DNA of 64,000 nucleotides, taken from positions 2,077 to 66,076 of the forward strand of contig JANQJL010000057.1 in assembly GCA_028281675.1 (NCBI GenBank). Reading direction: 5' to 3'. The notes under the pieces are model-generated. The model was not told the origin of the DNA and made no database searches. It was given only the letters and a program-made list of their open reading frames with translations. Source of the stretch: Simkaniaceae bacterium (GTDB lineage Bacteria; Chlamydiota; Chlamydiia; Chlamydiales; Simkaniaceae). A program made the position numbers and the translations under genes. Of this stretch, positions 40,372 through 49,039 are shown one piece after another (within the stretch, counting starts at the first letter, position 1; each line of letters starts with the position of its first letter).

Positions 40372-40615
40372 TAGTAAGTACCCTATCGGGTACTCTTCTT
40401 CTGATGTCTATAGTTCTTCTGAAAAGCGCCGCCAACTCGCTCAATATAGTATTTCTGCTTGGAAAGAAGCTCCTTGGGCAAAACACATCCGTGAAAAATC
40501 ATGGGCTAGCGAAGAAGAAATCAAAGAGTTTCAAGAAGAGCTTCTTAGGTGGGAAAAAAGAACCGGAGCATTTGTTTCTGCGACTTGGTGCGAAGCCCTA
40601 GGTTATGTTTCTTAA
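40361..40615 (+). CDS. hypothetical 84-aa protein (doubtful)
   Basis: ATG overlaps the rplQ end. Protein-like C-terminal half (EEEIKEFQEELLRWEKRTG). Its first 30 nt form the hairpin AGTACCC-TATC-GGGTACT, which could instead be a post-rplQ RNA structure. Confidence 0.3.
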   Translation: MSSNSKYPIGYSSSDVYSSSEKRRQLAQYSISAWKEAPWAKHIREKSWASEEEIKEFQEELLRWEKRTGAFVSATWCEALGYVS

Positions 40616-40684
40616 TTCGAAAACCGATTGCCCTTTACGCTCTCATCCAGTATTATCAAGAAAAATATTATTTAAGGTTAGAGA

Positions 40685-41698
40685 ATGGGAATACGTGTTG
40701 CAATCAATGGTTTTGGTCGGATTGGCCGTTCGGTTCTAAGACTTGCTTTTGAAAAATTTGATGATATTGAAATCGTTGCAATTAACGATCTTGTTCCTGC
40801 GCCTAACCTTGCCTATTTGGTAAAGCATGACTCGATTCATGGACGTTTTTCCCTTTCCATCGAATCGAATGATGAAGCTTTCATCATTGATGATAAACAT
40901 ACCATTCATGTTTTAGCGGAAAAAGATCCTAGCAAGCTGCCCTGGAAAGACCTCAATGTAGACTATGTCATTGAATCGACAGGTCTTTTTACGCAGCTTG
41001 ATAAAGCTCAGATCCATCTTACTGGAGGAGCTAAGCGGGTCATTATTTCAGCTCCAGCAAAAGGGGAGGTTCCTACCTATGTAATGGGTGTAAACCATGA
41101 AAAATATAACCCTGAAACCGATACAGTGATCTCCAATGCTTCTTGTACCACTAACTGTTTAGCGCCGATCACGAAAGTGCTGCTCGACAACTATGGAATT
41201 GAAGAAGGGCTTATGTCAACGATTCATGCCCTGACGCCAACGCAACCGATTCATGATGGTCCATCAAAAAAAGATTTACGAGGTGGCCGCTCCGCCCTTC
41301 TTAATATCATCCCAGCTTCAACAGGAGCTGCAAAAGCAGTCAGCCTTTGCCTCCCTGAAGTTAAGGGAAAGCTCACAGGGATGGCCTTTAGAGTCCCTGT
41401 TGCCGACGTCTCTGTTGTCGATTTAACAGTAAAGCTGACGAAATCGACCGATTATGATACACTATGTGCGAAGATGAAGTCGGAAGCAAATTCAAATTTA
41501 AAAGGAATACTTGGATATACCGATGAAGATGTTGTCTCCTCAGATTTTATTGGAGATACCCACTCATCGATTTTCGATGCTCATGCCGGGATTGCCCTAA
41601 ACGACAACTTTTTTAAGCTTATCTCCTGGTATGATAACGAAATTGGATATTCCTGCCGTTTGCTCGACTTGATCCGCTACATAGCGACAAAAGAATAA
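40685..41698 (+). CDS. gap: glyceraldehyde-3-phosphate dehydrogenase
   Basis: INGFGRIGR and [12 protein letters not shown] (catalytic Cys). WYDNE near the C-terminus. Confidence 0.97.
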   Translation: MGIRVAINGFGRIGRSVLRLAFEKFDDIEIVAINDLVPAPNLAYLVKHDSIHGRFSLSIESNDEAFIIDDKHTIHVLAEKDPSKLPWKDLNVDYVIESTGLFTQLDKAQIHLTGGAKRVIISAPAKGEVPTYVMGVNHEKYNPETDTVISNASCTTNCLAPITKVLLDNYGIEEGLMSTIHALTPTQPIHDGPSKKDLRGGRSALLNIIPASTGAAKAVSLCLPEVKGKLTGMAFRVPVADVSVVDLTVKLTKSTDYDTLCAKMKSEANSNLKGILGYTDEDVVSSDFIGDTHSSIFDAHAGIALNDNFFKLISWYDNEIGYSCRLLDLIRYIATKE

Positions 41699-41719
41699 CC
41701 CTTAACCTGGAACAGATTA

Positions 41720-42403
41720 GTGGATTTTACACGAGAACCTTTAATAGAAACAGTTATTACCCCAAAAGAGGGATTTAAACTCGTCATTCGTGCTTCAAGC
41801 GGAAGCGCCCAAGAAGAATACGCCGTTGGAGCCGTAGAAGTGGTCTCTTTTGGCAACTGTTATTTTTTCCGCTCCCTTGAAAAGCCTAGAGCTTTTCTCC
41901 TTCCCATGACTGAGTATGAAGTAGTCGAGTCGCGCGAGACTCGCACTGTCCTTAAAAAACCTCAAATCGAGAAATCGATTAAGATTGGTGGTGGTACCAA
42001 GACCACTTCCAAAAAAGAAGAGGACGATGCTTCAAAAGAAGGGTCGAAAAAGCGGGAGAAAAAGCGCTCTCGTAAAAGACGCCCTAAAGAAGAAAAGGCT
42101 GAAGAACCTAAAGACGAAGAAAAAGCTCCCGCTCAAACTGAAGATGAAGAAGCGCCACAACAACCAAGGCGAACCCTTCTTCCTCCTCCAACAAGTCTTA
42201 TTTCTGACCAGATCGATCGCTACAAAAGCTATCTTGTAGAACAAGGAGCCCTCCTTCCAGAAGAGAGCAAAGAGTCTGAAGAAAAGATTGAAGAGATTCC
42301 AAAGGTAGAAGACAGCTCTCCACCTTCAGAGGAAACATCTCCCGAGGATAAAGTTGTCGATATCACCGAAGAAGCTCACGTCCCTCCAGAAGATGAAGGG
42401 TAG
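41720..42403 (+). CDS. hypothetical protein with Lys/Glu-rich low-complexity centre
   Basis: 227-aa ORF with a GTG start. Structured N-terminal ~90 aa, then a KKEEDD...KKREKKRSRKRRPKEEKAEEPKDEEK tract and an acidic tail. Confidence 0.55.
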   Translation: MDFTREPLIETVITPKEGFKLVIRASSGSAQEEYAVGAVEVVSFGNCYFFRSLEKPRAFLLPMTEYEVVESRETRTVLKKPQIEKSIKIGGGTKTTSKKEEDDASKEGSKKREKKRSRKRRPKEEKAEEPKDEEKAPAQTEDEEAPQQPRRTLLPPPTSLISDQIDRYKSYLVEQGALLPEESKESEEKIEEIPKVEDSSPPSEETSPEDKVVDITEEAHVPPEDEG

Positions 42404-42406
42404 TCT

Positions 42407-43156
42407 TTATACAGGATTATACTGAGCTCCAGCATCGATTGGAATGATTGCTCCATTGATAAAATTAGAGCCTGAGCTCGCGAGGAATAAGAAAAGCGGA
42501 GAGATTTCCCCTACTTCGGCAAAGCGTCCTAAAGGGATTTTATCAATGAATTTTTGTTTCATCTCCGCATTTTTGGGGTCTTCCCAAATTCGTCTCCCTA
42601 GCTTTGTCATTATAATAGATGGACAAACTGCGTTCACTTGAATGTTAGAAGATCCCCATTCAATGGCCATAGTTTTTGTTAGCTGGATAATTCCTGCTTT
42701 TGAGACTGCATAAGGACCACTGCCTGGGGTTCCATAAAAAGTTGCATTTGAAGACATATTGATGATTTTTCCTCCTCCCTGCGCAATCATTTTTTTAGCA
42801 ACAAGGCGTGATAGAAGAAAAATAGATCGAAGATTCACCTCTTGGATCATATCCCAATCGTCAGCATTGAACTCTAAAAGGGGGCCCCGCTTAACAATTC
42901 CTGCATTATTTACTAAAATATCCCACTGTGGGTGGACGCTGTATGCCTTTTTAACAGCTTGCTCAATGGAGTGCTCTTCTCTAAGATTTGCTAAAATTGT
43001 TGTGCAATTTTTAATTTTTTTAGCAATCTTCTTAAGTCCTTCGCTGTCGCAGTCGATTAATGCCAAGTAAGCGCCAGCTTTCGCATATGTCTGAGCAATT
43101 TCGCTCCCAATATCTCCAGCAGCCCCTGTAATCATTGCATATTTTTTTGTGAGCAT
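42407..43156 (-). CDS. SDR-family oxidoreductase
   Basis: TGAAGDIGSEIA (TGxxxGxG), NNAG, and YAVSKAG (YxxxK). Confidence 0.85.
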   Translation of the reverse strand: MLTKKYAMITGAAGDIGSEIAQTYAKAGAYLALIDCDSEGLKKIAKKIKNCTTILANLREEHSIEQAVKKAYSVHPQWDILVNNAGIVKRGPLLEFNADDWDMIQEVNLRSIFLLSRLVAKKMIAQGGGKIINMSSNATFYGTPGSGPYAVSKAGIIQLTKTMAIEWGSSNIQVNAVCPSIIMTKLGRRIWEDPKNAEMKQKFIDKIPLGRFAEVGEISPLFLFLASSGSNFINGAIIPIDAGAQYNPV

Positions 43157-43170
43157 AAAGTTTTTTCATT

Positions 43171-43338
43171 CTAGTGGTCAGTCCCAAAAGTCCTTTTATA
43201 ATTTGACCCATCTTTTCCAGCCCGGCTGCGCGCTCGATCTCGACAACCCACATAGGGGTTGCCGTCGATCTCCGCGCTTTGCCGCCCAGAAAAATCTGGG
43301 CGCAAATTACCGAAAGAACTTATGGGACTAACCACTAG
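43171..43338 (-). repeat. structured intergenic repeat, copy C (core in reverse orientation)
   Basis: 21-bp terminal inverted repeat with 2 mismatches (CTAGTGGTCAGTCCCAAAAGT / ACTTATGGGACTAACCACTAG). Contains CTCGACAACCCACATAGGGGTTGCC, the reverse complement of the core seen in copies A and B. Confidence 0.7.
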
Positions 43339-43437
43339 TGTTGATATTTTTTATATCTAATAGTTTTAGTTTTCTTGCAAACATATATTGAACCTTAACC
43401 TCTGAACGAGGTAGAATGTTCCTTTGTTACCCCAAAT

Positions 43438-43521
43438 GCTCGGGTGGTGGAATTGGTAGACACAAGGGACTTAAAATCCCTTGGCCTCACGGCCGTGCGG
43501 GTTCGAGTCCCGCCTCGAGCA
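43438..43521 (+). tRNA. tRNA-Leu (anticodon UAA), class II with long variable arm
   Basis: I folded it by hand. Acceptor GCTCGGG/CTCGAGC, D-arm GTGG..AATTGGTAGA, anticodon stem AGGGA/TCCCT with loop CTTAAAA, variable arm GGCC-TCAC-GGCC, T-arm GCGGG-TTCGAGT-CCCGC, discriminator A. No encoded CCA. Confidence 0.93.
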
Positions 43522-43578
43522 GACTTAAATTTCTCAAAGTGAGTAAGGTGTGATTGGATGGGAATTTCCTCATTTGTT

Positions 43579-44262
43579 TTAACGTAAGAATTCCTTTAAT
43601 TTGCTGTTTAATGGAAGAGGGGAGGAGTAGTGTTCAGTAATTTTCCCTTCTTCGAGAAAATAAGCTTGGTCCAGGATTTTTTTTGCAAACTCCATATCTT
43701 GGGTAGAGATGATCCAGCCAACCCCGTTTTGTTTCCATTGATGGATAAGTTTAATGAGAATTTGAGTATTTTCGGGATCGAGTGCTGATGAAGGTTCATC
43801 TAAGAGGACAAAAGAAGGATTAAGGAGAAGAGCGCGAGCAATAGCAACTCGCTGCCTTTGGCCTCCAGAGAGTTGGTGGGGCATGCGCTTTGCAAGGGGC
43901 TCGATATCAAATTTCTTGAGCATGGCAGTGACCTCCTCTTTTATTTCTAGATTGCTGAGAAATTTTTGTTTGGATAGGGGTTGTGCACAGTTTTGAAATA
44001 CAGTCATATGGGGAAATAATTCATAGGATTGTGAGACGAAACCAATAAGCTGGCACCTTCTTTTGGGAGAAAGATTTTTAAGCGTTTGCTTTTGGCAGCT
44101 GACTTCCCCAGAGCATTCTTTTTCAAGCTGGGCGATACATCTAAGAAGGGACGTTTTGCCTGAGCCACTTTTCCCCAAAAGGAGGGTGACTTGACCAGGA
44201 AAAATTGTGATAGAAATGTCTTGTAATCTTTTCGGTAAGATAAGGGATTTAATACTTAACAT
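43579..44262 (-). CDS. polar amino-acid ABC transporter, ATP-binding protein
   Basis: Walker [10 protein letters not shown], signature [15 protein letters not shown], Walker [12 protein letters not shown]. Confidence 0.9.
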   Translation of the reverse strand: MLSIKSLILPKRLQDISITIFPGQVTLLLGKSGSGKTSLLRCIAQLEKECSGEVSCQKQTLKNLSPKRRCQLIGFVSQSYELFPHMTVFQNCAQPLSKQKFLSNLEIKEEVTAMLKKFDIEPLAKRMPHQLSGGQRQRVAIARALLLNPSFVLLDEPSSALDPENTQILIKLIHQWKQNGVGWIISTQDMEFAKKILDQAYFLEEGKITEHYSSPLPLNSKLKEFLR

Positions 44263-44920
44263 AGGAAAACCTTTTTTCTAAACGTTTTGTCAGTCTATTG
44301 AGTATTGCCGAGAGGGATCCATAGAGTAGAGCAATGGCACAGTAAATCGGAACAGGCTCCATTTCTCTGGAGACAATATTCATTCCAATTCGAGTCAGTT
44401 CGAGCATTCCTATTGAAGAAGCAATAGCCGTGCTTTTCAATAGAGATTCAAATTCATTATTAATTGAGGGGAGAGCTAAGCGGAGGGATTGTGGGAGAAT
44501 GATTGCAAATAGGGTCTCCCACTTTGAATATCCCAATACCGAGGCTGTTTCCCAATAGGAAGAGGAGAGTGCATTGATAGCTCCTCGGATAAATTGGGCA
44601 ACATATCCAGAGGAGCAGATTCCCAAGGCAGTAATAGAGGCAGCAAATGGTGGAAGGGAAAAACCAAATAAATCTGGAATGACGAAGTAGATGATTAATA
44701 ATTGAACATAAAAAGGAACAGCTCTCGAGGCAAATGTCCACCCATTGATTAGCTTTGTGATAATGGGAATTTTGAGCTTTTCACATGAGAAAACCCCAAG
44801 GAAGATCCCAACCGTTATACTCAAGGCACTTGCAAGAATAAAAAGTTCTAGAGTAATAACCATTCCTTTAAGAAAAAGAGGCAATGATTTCAAAATAAGA
44901 GAAAAAAAACTAGTTATCAT
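44249..44920 (-). CDS. polar amino-acid ABC transporter, permease
   Basis: HisM/GlnP-type permease with EAA-like loop ASVLGYSKWETLFAIILPQSLRLALPSINNEF. Start set to ATG 44920, which overlaps the binding-protein stop as ATGA. Confidence 0.88.
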   Translation of the reverse strand: MITSFFSLILKSLPLFLKGMVITLELFILASALSITVGIFLGVFSCEKLKIPIITKLINGWTFASRAVPFYVQLLIIYFVIPDLFGFSLPPFAASITALGICSSGYVAQFIRGAINALSSSYWETASVLGYSKWETLFAIILPQSLRLALPSINNEFESLLKSTAIASSIGMLELTRIGMNIVSREMEPVPIYCAIALLYGSLSAILNRLTKRLEKRFSYVKY

Positions 44921-45660
44921 TTTCTCAGTCCCCACTTCTTCTCGAGCTTAAAGATAACTCCCTCATCTCTAAGTTCTTCAATAGCTTTTTTGATTTTTAG
45001 AGCCAATTCTTGATCATCTTGATTGATGCAAATACCGTTCCCTAGAGACTGCATTTCTTCTGGCAAAGGAAGAAAAAGCACCTTTAAATTAGGATATTTA
45101 GCTTGAAAACGTGGGAGAAGTGAAGGGTCGATTGCGGAGGCTCCCGATTTGCCATATTTGAGATCTAATATGACACTATCAATACCATCAAAGTATTTAA
45201 GAGAGAGGTTTGGACAGGTTTTAAAAATACCTTCTTGATAAGAACCTGCTTCGACACAAATGGGCTTTTTAAGAGTTGCCAAGTCTGAAAGAGTTTCAGT
45301 TTTATTGGGAATATTGTCCCAAAAGATTAGAGGCACCTTATCTAACTTGTCCCCTTGATAATAGACCATCTCCATGCTCTTTTCTCTGTCTTTAGTAATC
45401 GAAATTCCCCAAATGAGAGCATCAACTTTTTTTTGCTTGAGAGCAAGCATAAGACTAGGCATGCTCCCATAGTCTCGAATAATGAGGGGACGATCTAATT
45501 TGCGGGAAACTTCCTTAGCAATATCGATATCAAAGCCCTCGTATTCGCCCTTTTCATCTAGACTAACAAAAGGGGCATAACCGCTGGTTGTGCCGATGGT
45601 AAAAGATTTTGCAAATAGGTTCATTGCCAACAATATGAATAATACAATGTATTTAAGCAT
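44917..45660 (-). CDS. amino-acid ABC transporter substrate-binding protein (family 3)
   Basis: Signal peptide, FTIGTTSGYAPF, GFDIDIAKEV. 247 aa. Ligand not inferable from sequence. Confidence 0.85.
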   Translation of the reverse strand: MLKYIVLFILLAMNLFAKSFTIGTTSGYAPFVSLDEKGEYEGFDIDIAKEVSRKLDRPLIIRDYGSMPSLMLALKQKKVDALIWGISITKDREKSMEMVYYQGDKLDKVPLIFWDNIPNKTETLSDLATLKKPICVEAGSYQEGIFKTCPNLSLKYFDGIDSVILDLKYGKSGASAIDPSLLPRFQAKYPNLKVLFLPLPEEMQSLGNGICINQDDQELALKIKKAIEELRDEGVIFKLEKKWGLRK

Positions 45661-45685
45661 AAAAAAAACTCCATAAAAATATTTT

Positions 45686-45729
45686 TAAAAAATAATAAAG
45701 CGAGAAATCAGCCTAAAAAACTGATTTTC
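45686..45729 (-). promoter_or_regulatory. weak terminator/attenuator-like hairpin between leader ORF and the binding-protein gene
   Basis: Minus strand GAAAATCAG-TTTTTTAGG-CTGATTTC (7-8 bp AT-rich stem) followed by TCGCTTTATTATTTTTT. An alternative pairing CCTAA/TTAGG is possible. Confidence 0.25.
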
Positions 45730-45740
45730 GTTAGGAAATC

Positions 45741-45803
45741 TTAGATATGATGGTGATGATGACGGTAGGAAGAAGCTAGAGAAGAAAAATAAGCCTTTTT
45801 CAT
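45741..45803 (-). CDS. 20-codon His-rich leader peptide MKKAYFSSLASSYRHHHHHI
   Basis: Minus strand GGAGG-TCATT-ATG (perfect SD, 5-nt spacer). Five consecutive His codons (CAT CAT CAC CAT CAT) before the TAA stop. The ORF ends 80 nt upstream of the binding-protein ATG. Confidence 0.5.
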   Translation of the reverse strand: MKKAYFSSLASSYRHHHHHI

Positions 45804-45967
45804 AATGACCTCCGTCGGTTTAAAGATGGTCTTATTGTTACAGATCTCCTTAAACAACGCAATAAATAAATATGCCGAAAAATTTCAGTTCTCATCTCTT
45901 TAATTAAGGTTCAAGAGGAGGGAGTCTCAAAAAAATGTCATTAGCCGTTTATAATTAAAGATATAAA

Positions 45968-46727
45968 TTGATTTTCACTAAAGTTACCATTTTGGTAACA
46001 TTTGTGTATGAATCAAAATGCAAGGGGAAAGTAGTTGAAAATGAGGGGTTTATCCAACTGTACGAAAAAATCGTACAGTTGAAGTTAGAAGCGCCTGATG
46101 GGAAAATGAGAGAGACAGACACAGCAAACACCGAAACAATTTTTCGGATCATCCAGTCGGTCCCTTCTCCCAAAGCGGAACCATTCAAGAGATGGCTTGC
46201 GAAGGTGGCTACGAGCGGATCCAAGAGATCGAAGATCCTGAAATTGCAACTCAAAGAACCCGCGCCATTTACAAAGCCAAGGGGTATAACGATGGATGGA
46301 TCGAAAAGCGGATGCGTGGCATTGCTATTCGGGAGGAACTAATCGATGAGTGGGATAAAAGAGGGATTAAACTCCAAAGAGAGTATGCCATCCTAACAGC
46401 TGAGATTTCAAAGGCAACCTTTGGGCTCACTCCTTCAGAATATAAGAAGCATAAAGGACTTGATCAGGAAAACCTTCGGGACCATATGACTGACTTAGAG
46501 CTTATTTTTTCGATGTTAGGAGAAGCCGCAACCAAAGAAATTACTGTTAATCGAGATGCCAAGGTTTCGGCCAGAACTCTTCTGCCGCCAAAATGGGTGG
46601 GAAGATTGCAGGAGATGCAAGAAAAAAACTTGAGCTTGAAAGTGGAAAAAAAGTTACTTCCAAAGAAAATTTTCTCAAATTAGAGAGGGAAACTCCTAAA
46701 GTAAAAATAGAAGATGGTCACGAATAG
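45968..46727 (+). pseudogene. decayed Bro-N/phage-antirepressor-type (DinD-like) gene
   Basis: Family-typical segments fall in three frames: FRIIQSVPSPKAEPFKRWLAKV, then GYERIQEIEDPEIATQRTRAIYKAKGYNDGWIEKRMRGIAIREELIDEWDKRG...NLRDHMTDLELIFSMLGEAATKEI, then GFGQNSSAAKMGGKIAGDARKKLELESGKKVTSKENFL. They join only if one G is restored at about 46207-46209 and another at about 46573-46574. The N-terminal ~50-80 aa of the family are missing. Confidence 0.8.
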
Positions 46728-46862
46728 ATAAATTGGCTTTTACGCACTAGACAGGAAAAAATAGGCTTAAAGCGGATGAAAGAAGCGTAAAAGCAGGCGA
46801 TTTAAGTTGTTGTCTTCTTCAGACTTGTGTTATGTAGTTTCATCTGGTTTAATGAATGGGTA

Positions 46863-46918
46863 GCGATTTAAAATCCCTTGGTCTTAGGGCCGTGCGGGTT
46901 CGAATCCCGCCTCGAGCA
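46863..46918 (+). repeat. degenerate duplicate of the 3' half of tRNA-Leu(UAA) (att-like direct repeat / tRNA pseudogene)
   Basis: GCGATTTAAAATCCCTTGGTCTTAGGGCCGTGCGGGTTCGAATCCCGCCTCGAGCA aligns with 43466-43521 of the intact tRNA with about 7 substitutions. There is no matching 5' acceptor or D-arm half, only a vestigial AATGGGTAG. Confidence 0.85.
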
Positions 46919-47153
46919 ATATTGTAAGTGAAAGAGTTATAAGAAATTCAAGGTAAAATCCATGACTTCGGTAAATGCAAATGACACGCTGGTGGCACAC
47001 TCGCAAATGACAAAACAGGAGAAATCACGATGAATGTAACGATCTCAAGGAGTTGGGTGCTGAGTAAAAGCATTGCTGGAACGGTGCATTTTGAAAATTT
47101 ATCCTTTATGTGTCTTGTCAATATTCATTCATGACCTATTTGGAGTGGCTGAT

Positions 47154-47954
47154 ATGGGTGACTATGCAAAAATTTCTTCTACTTCTTTTTTAGTGTTATA
47201 TGCTGAATATCTTGAAAGCAAAAATCCAAATGGAATTCTTCATGACTCCAAGACAATAGAGTTGGTAGAAAGTTTGGATTATGATTTTTCTCAATTTCTA
47301 CTTTCTGCTGACGATATTTTGGATGTGGCTACACGCAAGACAATAGTAAAAAATTTAATTTTGAGGTTTGTAGAGGAAAATTCTACTGGTACTATTATTA
47401 ATTTAGGTTGTGGGCTGAGTACTTATTCAGAGTGTGTTAAAGATTTGCCTATTATATGGTATGACTTAGATTTACCTGAAGTAATTGAATTGAAGAAGAA
47501 GTATTTTCCTGAATCCACAAAATATCAGCTCATTTCAAAGTCAGTTCTAGATTTTTCTTGGATAAAGAATATTCCTCAAGATAGAAAGGTCCTGGTGGTT
47601 ATGGAGGGATTGTTACCCTATTTTCAGGACAAGGAAGTCGAGTTGATTCTTAAAGAAATTACTAATGCGTTTGAAGGCTGTGACATGCTTATTCAAGCGG
47701 TTTCTCCTTGGTGCCAAAAACATAAACACCCTGAGTTGGAGAAGAACTCATTAAATTTAAATTGGGACATTGAATCTGGTAGCGACATCACTGAATGGTT
47801 TCCAGATTTAATAGTTAGAGATGAATTGTTTATTTTTGCCCATAACCGAAAAAGAATGAGTTTAAAGAGACAATTTTTTACTCTTTTCCCATTTTTTAAA
47901 AAGCAAAATATGATTATTTATTTATCTCCAAAAACAGAGAAAACCCCCCAATAG
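47154..47954 (+). CDS. class I SAM-dependent methyltransferase (TcmP / leucine-carboxyl-MT-like)
   Basis: Motif I INLGCGLSTY, LDLPEVIELKK, and VVMEGLLPYF typical of this family. Start set to ATG 47154 after GGAG (the tracked 47073 start is TTG). The gene is visibly AT-rich. Confidence 0.75.
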   Translation: MGDYAKISSTSFLVLYAEYLESKNPNGILHDSKTIELVESLDYDFSQFLLSADDILDVATRKTIVKNLILRFVEENSTGTIINLGCGLSTYSECVKDLPIIWYDLDLPEVIELKKKYFPESTKYQLISKSVLDFSWIKNIPQDRKVLVVMEGLLPYFQDKEVELILKEITNAFEGCDMLIQAVSPWCQKHKHPELEKNSLNLNWDIESGSDITEWFPDLIVRDELFIFAHNRKRMSLKRQFFTLFPFFKKQNMIIYLSPKTEKTPQ

Positions 47955-48156
47955 AAATTTCTTTATCGTGCCATTTCATGGGTTCGTTTCATAAATCGTT
48001 AAATTTAAAGAGATTATCCTATTTTATCAAGGGGTTTCATCTCCCTGGCTGTCATGGAACGTCTAGGCTAGGTAAGTTTAGTAGAGATTAAAAAGCTTAT
48101 TTGTTGTTGACTATTATAGGATTGTGTATATTGTCTTCACTTTGTACAAATAAGGG

Positions 48157-48657
48157 ATGGAAATTATGAGTTTGGCAACTAGTTCAGCGAAACTCTATAC
48201 TTTTACTAGTCAAGAATTGGAAGAAAGATTTGGAATTATAATCCCTGAATATTTACATGTGCGGGGTGTATTTGGGATGACCTATGATAGGATCACGGGA
48301 ATTTCTATTACAATTCCTGAATCGGCTCAAATCACAGTAGATAAAGTCGCTAAAGTTTGGGGTGCTTATTTGCTAGCCCAGAAACAATTCCGTAATGAGT
48401 GGCAAAAGCTTGAGAGGCATTTGGGGAATGGTAGTAAGGACCCTTGGGTGAATATATACGATCTCGATACTTTTCCTAATATGGTCGGCATGATTTATGG
48501 TGGTAAAAATGGAGAGCTCCAAATTAAAAGTTTCAAGCACTCTTTAAATGATCTTAAGGAAAAAGCTAGGGATTATAACGAAGAAGTGCTTCAAAAAGAT
48601 ATTAGGGTTTTTTTTATTGGTGCTGTTCCTAACGAGGTGCCTTCTGCTCGCTTATAG
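48157..48657 (+). CDS. hypothetical protein
   Basis: 166-aa ORF with an ATG start. No motif recognised. Confidence 0.5.
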   Translation: MEIMSLATSSAKLYTFTSQELEERFGIIIPEYLHVRGVFGMTYDRITGISITIPESAQITVDKVAKVWGAYLLAQKQFRNEWQKLERHLGNGSKDPWVNIYDLDTFPNMVGMIYGGKNGELQIKSFKHSLNDLKEKARDYNEEVLQKDIRVFFIGAVPNEVPSARL

Positions 48658-49039
48658 AAGCCAAACATTTACGCAGTGGTTTAAAAATCATCATCCCCCC
48701 ATATTTTCTTGAATCATCCATTTTTTGTTATAAGGTCCCTTAAGCTATACCGTTTCCTATGGATTCTTCTTCATTGTCAAGATGGAGGAAGCGCTTAGGA
48801 AAGAAAGGGCTAGAAAAAACTTTGTAAGCTACCCTATGAGTAACTCTGGAGTTGAAAATTGTAAAAGGGACAAAGTGTGGAAAGCACAACTTTGCAATTA
48901 AAACAGAAGTGGCAACGTGTGTTTGCAAAAGGTGGAAAAGTATTGGAGCATACCCCAGTTTAAAATCCGTAAGGGAATATTGCTTCGGGAACCCAGGGTT
49001 TAGAAGATTGGATTGCTTCCCATAAAAGAAAGGTGTGTC

